From assembly GCA_038087875.1 (NCBI GenBank), contig JAXLNO010000170.1, forward strand, positions 1-64,000: a DNA stretch of 64,000 nucleotides. The letters run 5' to 3'. Source of the stretch: Malacoraja senta (lineage: Eukaryota). Shown piece after piece: positions 63,634 through 64,000 of this stretch. The notes under the pieces were generated by a model that was given only the letters and a program-made list of their open reading frames with translations, did no database searches and was not told the origin of the DNA. Numbering within the stretch: the first letter of the stretch is position 1; the number at the start of each line of letters is the position of its first letter. The translations under genes and the position numbers were made by a program.

Positions 63634-64000
63634 GAGAGGGTAATGTAGAGAGGTATAGAACAAATGAATTAAAGATGTGCAAAAAAAGTAGTGATGATAA
63701 GGGAAACAGGCCATTGTTAGCTGTGGGCTAGGTGAAAATGAGTTACAGATAATGACTCAACAAGACGACTTTGAAGCTGGTACGACTTGAGTGGGAGAGG
63801 GATGGACAGAGAGGGAAAGCAAGGGTTACTTAAAGTTAGAGGTCAATATTCATACCGTTGGGGTGTAAGCTGCCCAAGTGAAATATGAGGTGCTGTTCCT
63901 CCAATTTTAAACGCTACTACTGAACTTGGCAAATCATGAAGAATTCAGTGATCTGAATGTCTCGTCCATCACATGATTACCTGCGGTCTCCTAGCAATTG

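Overview
Eukaryotic, repeat-dominated genomic DNA, most likely from a cartilaginous fish (skate/ray/shark; inferred from HE1/V-SINE-type SINEs, HER1/CR1 LINEs and abundant Penelope fragments). Nearly all ORFs in the six-frame track are transposon debris or low-complexity artefacts. The main result is a complete spliced gene hidden among the repeats on the minus strand: 10 coding exons, 59673 down to 34304, 1287 nt = 428 aa + stop, all GT-AG introns in consistent phase. It encodes signal peptide + Cys-less IgV + IgC2 (CD2/SLAM/CEACAM-type ectodomain) + five transmembrane helices, one per exon, + a short acidic tail. This is a CD47-like membrane module under a two-Ig ectodomain. Also present: an ISRE+GAS promoter with a first exon pointing out of the window and an inverted copy of it, a CpG-island transcript with a possible 76-aa ORF, an L1 flanked by a ~650-bp duplication, a solo LTR, a Harbinger MITE, a foldback element, Helitron ends, Penelope termini with hammerhead-like cores, and several minisatellites. 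Exon structures were read by eye and need RNA confirmation.
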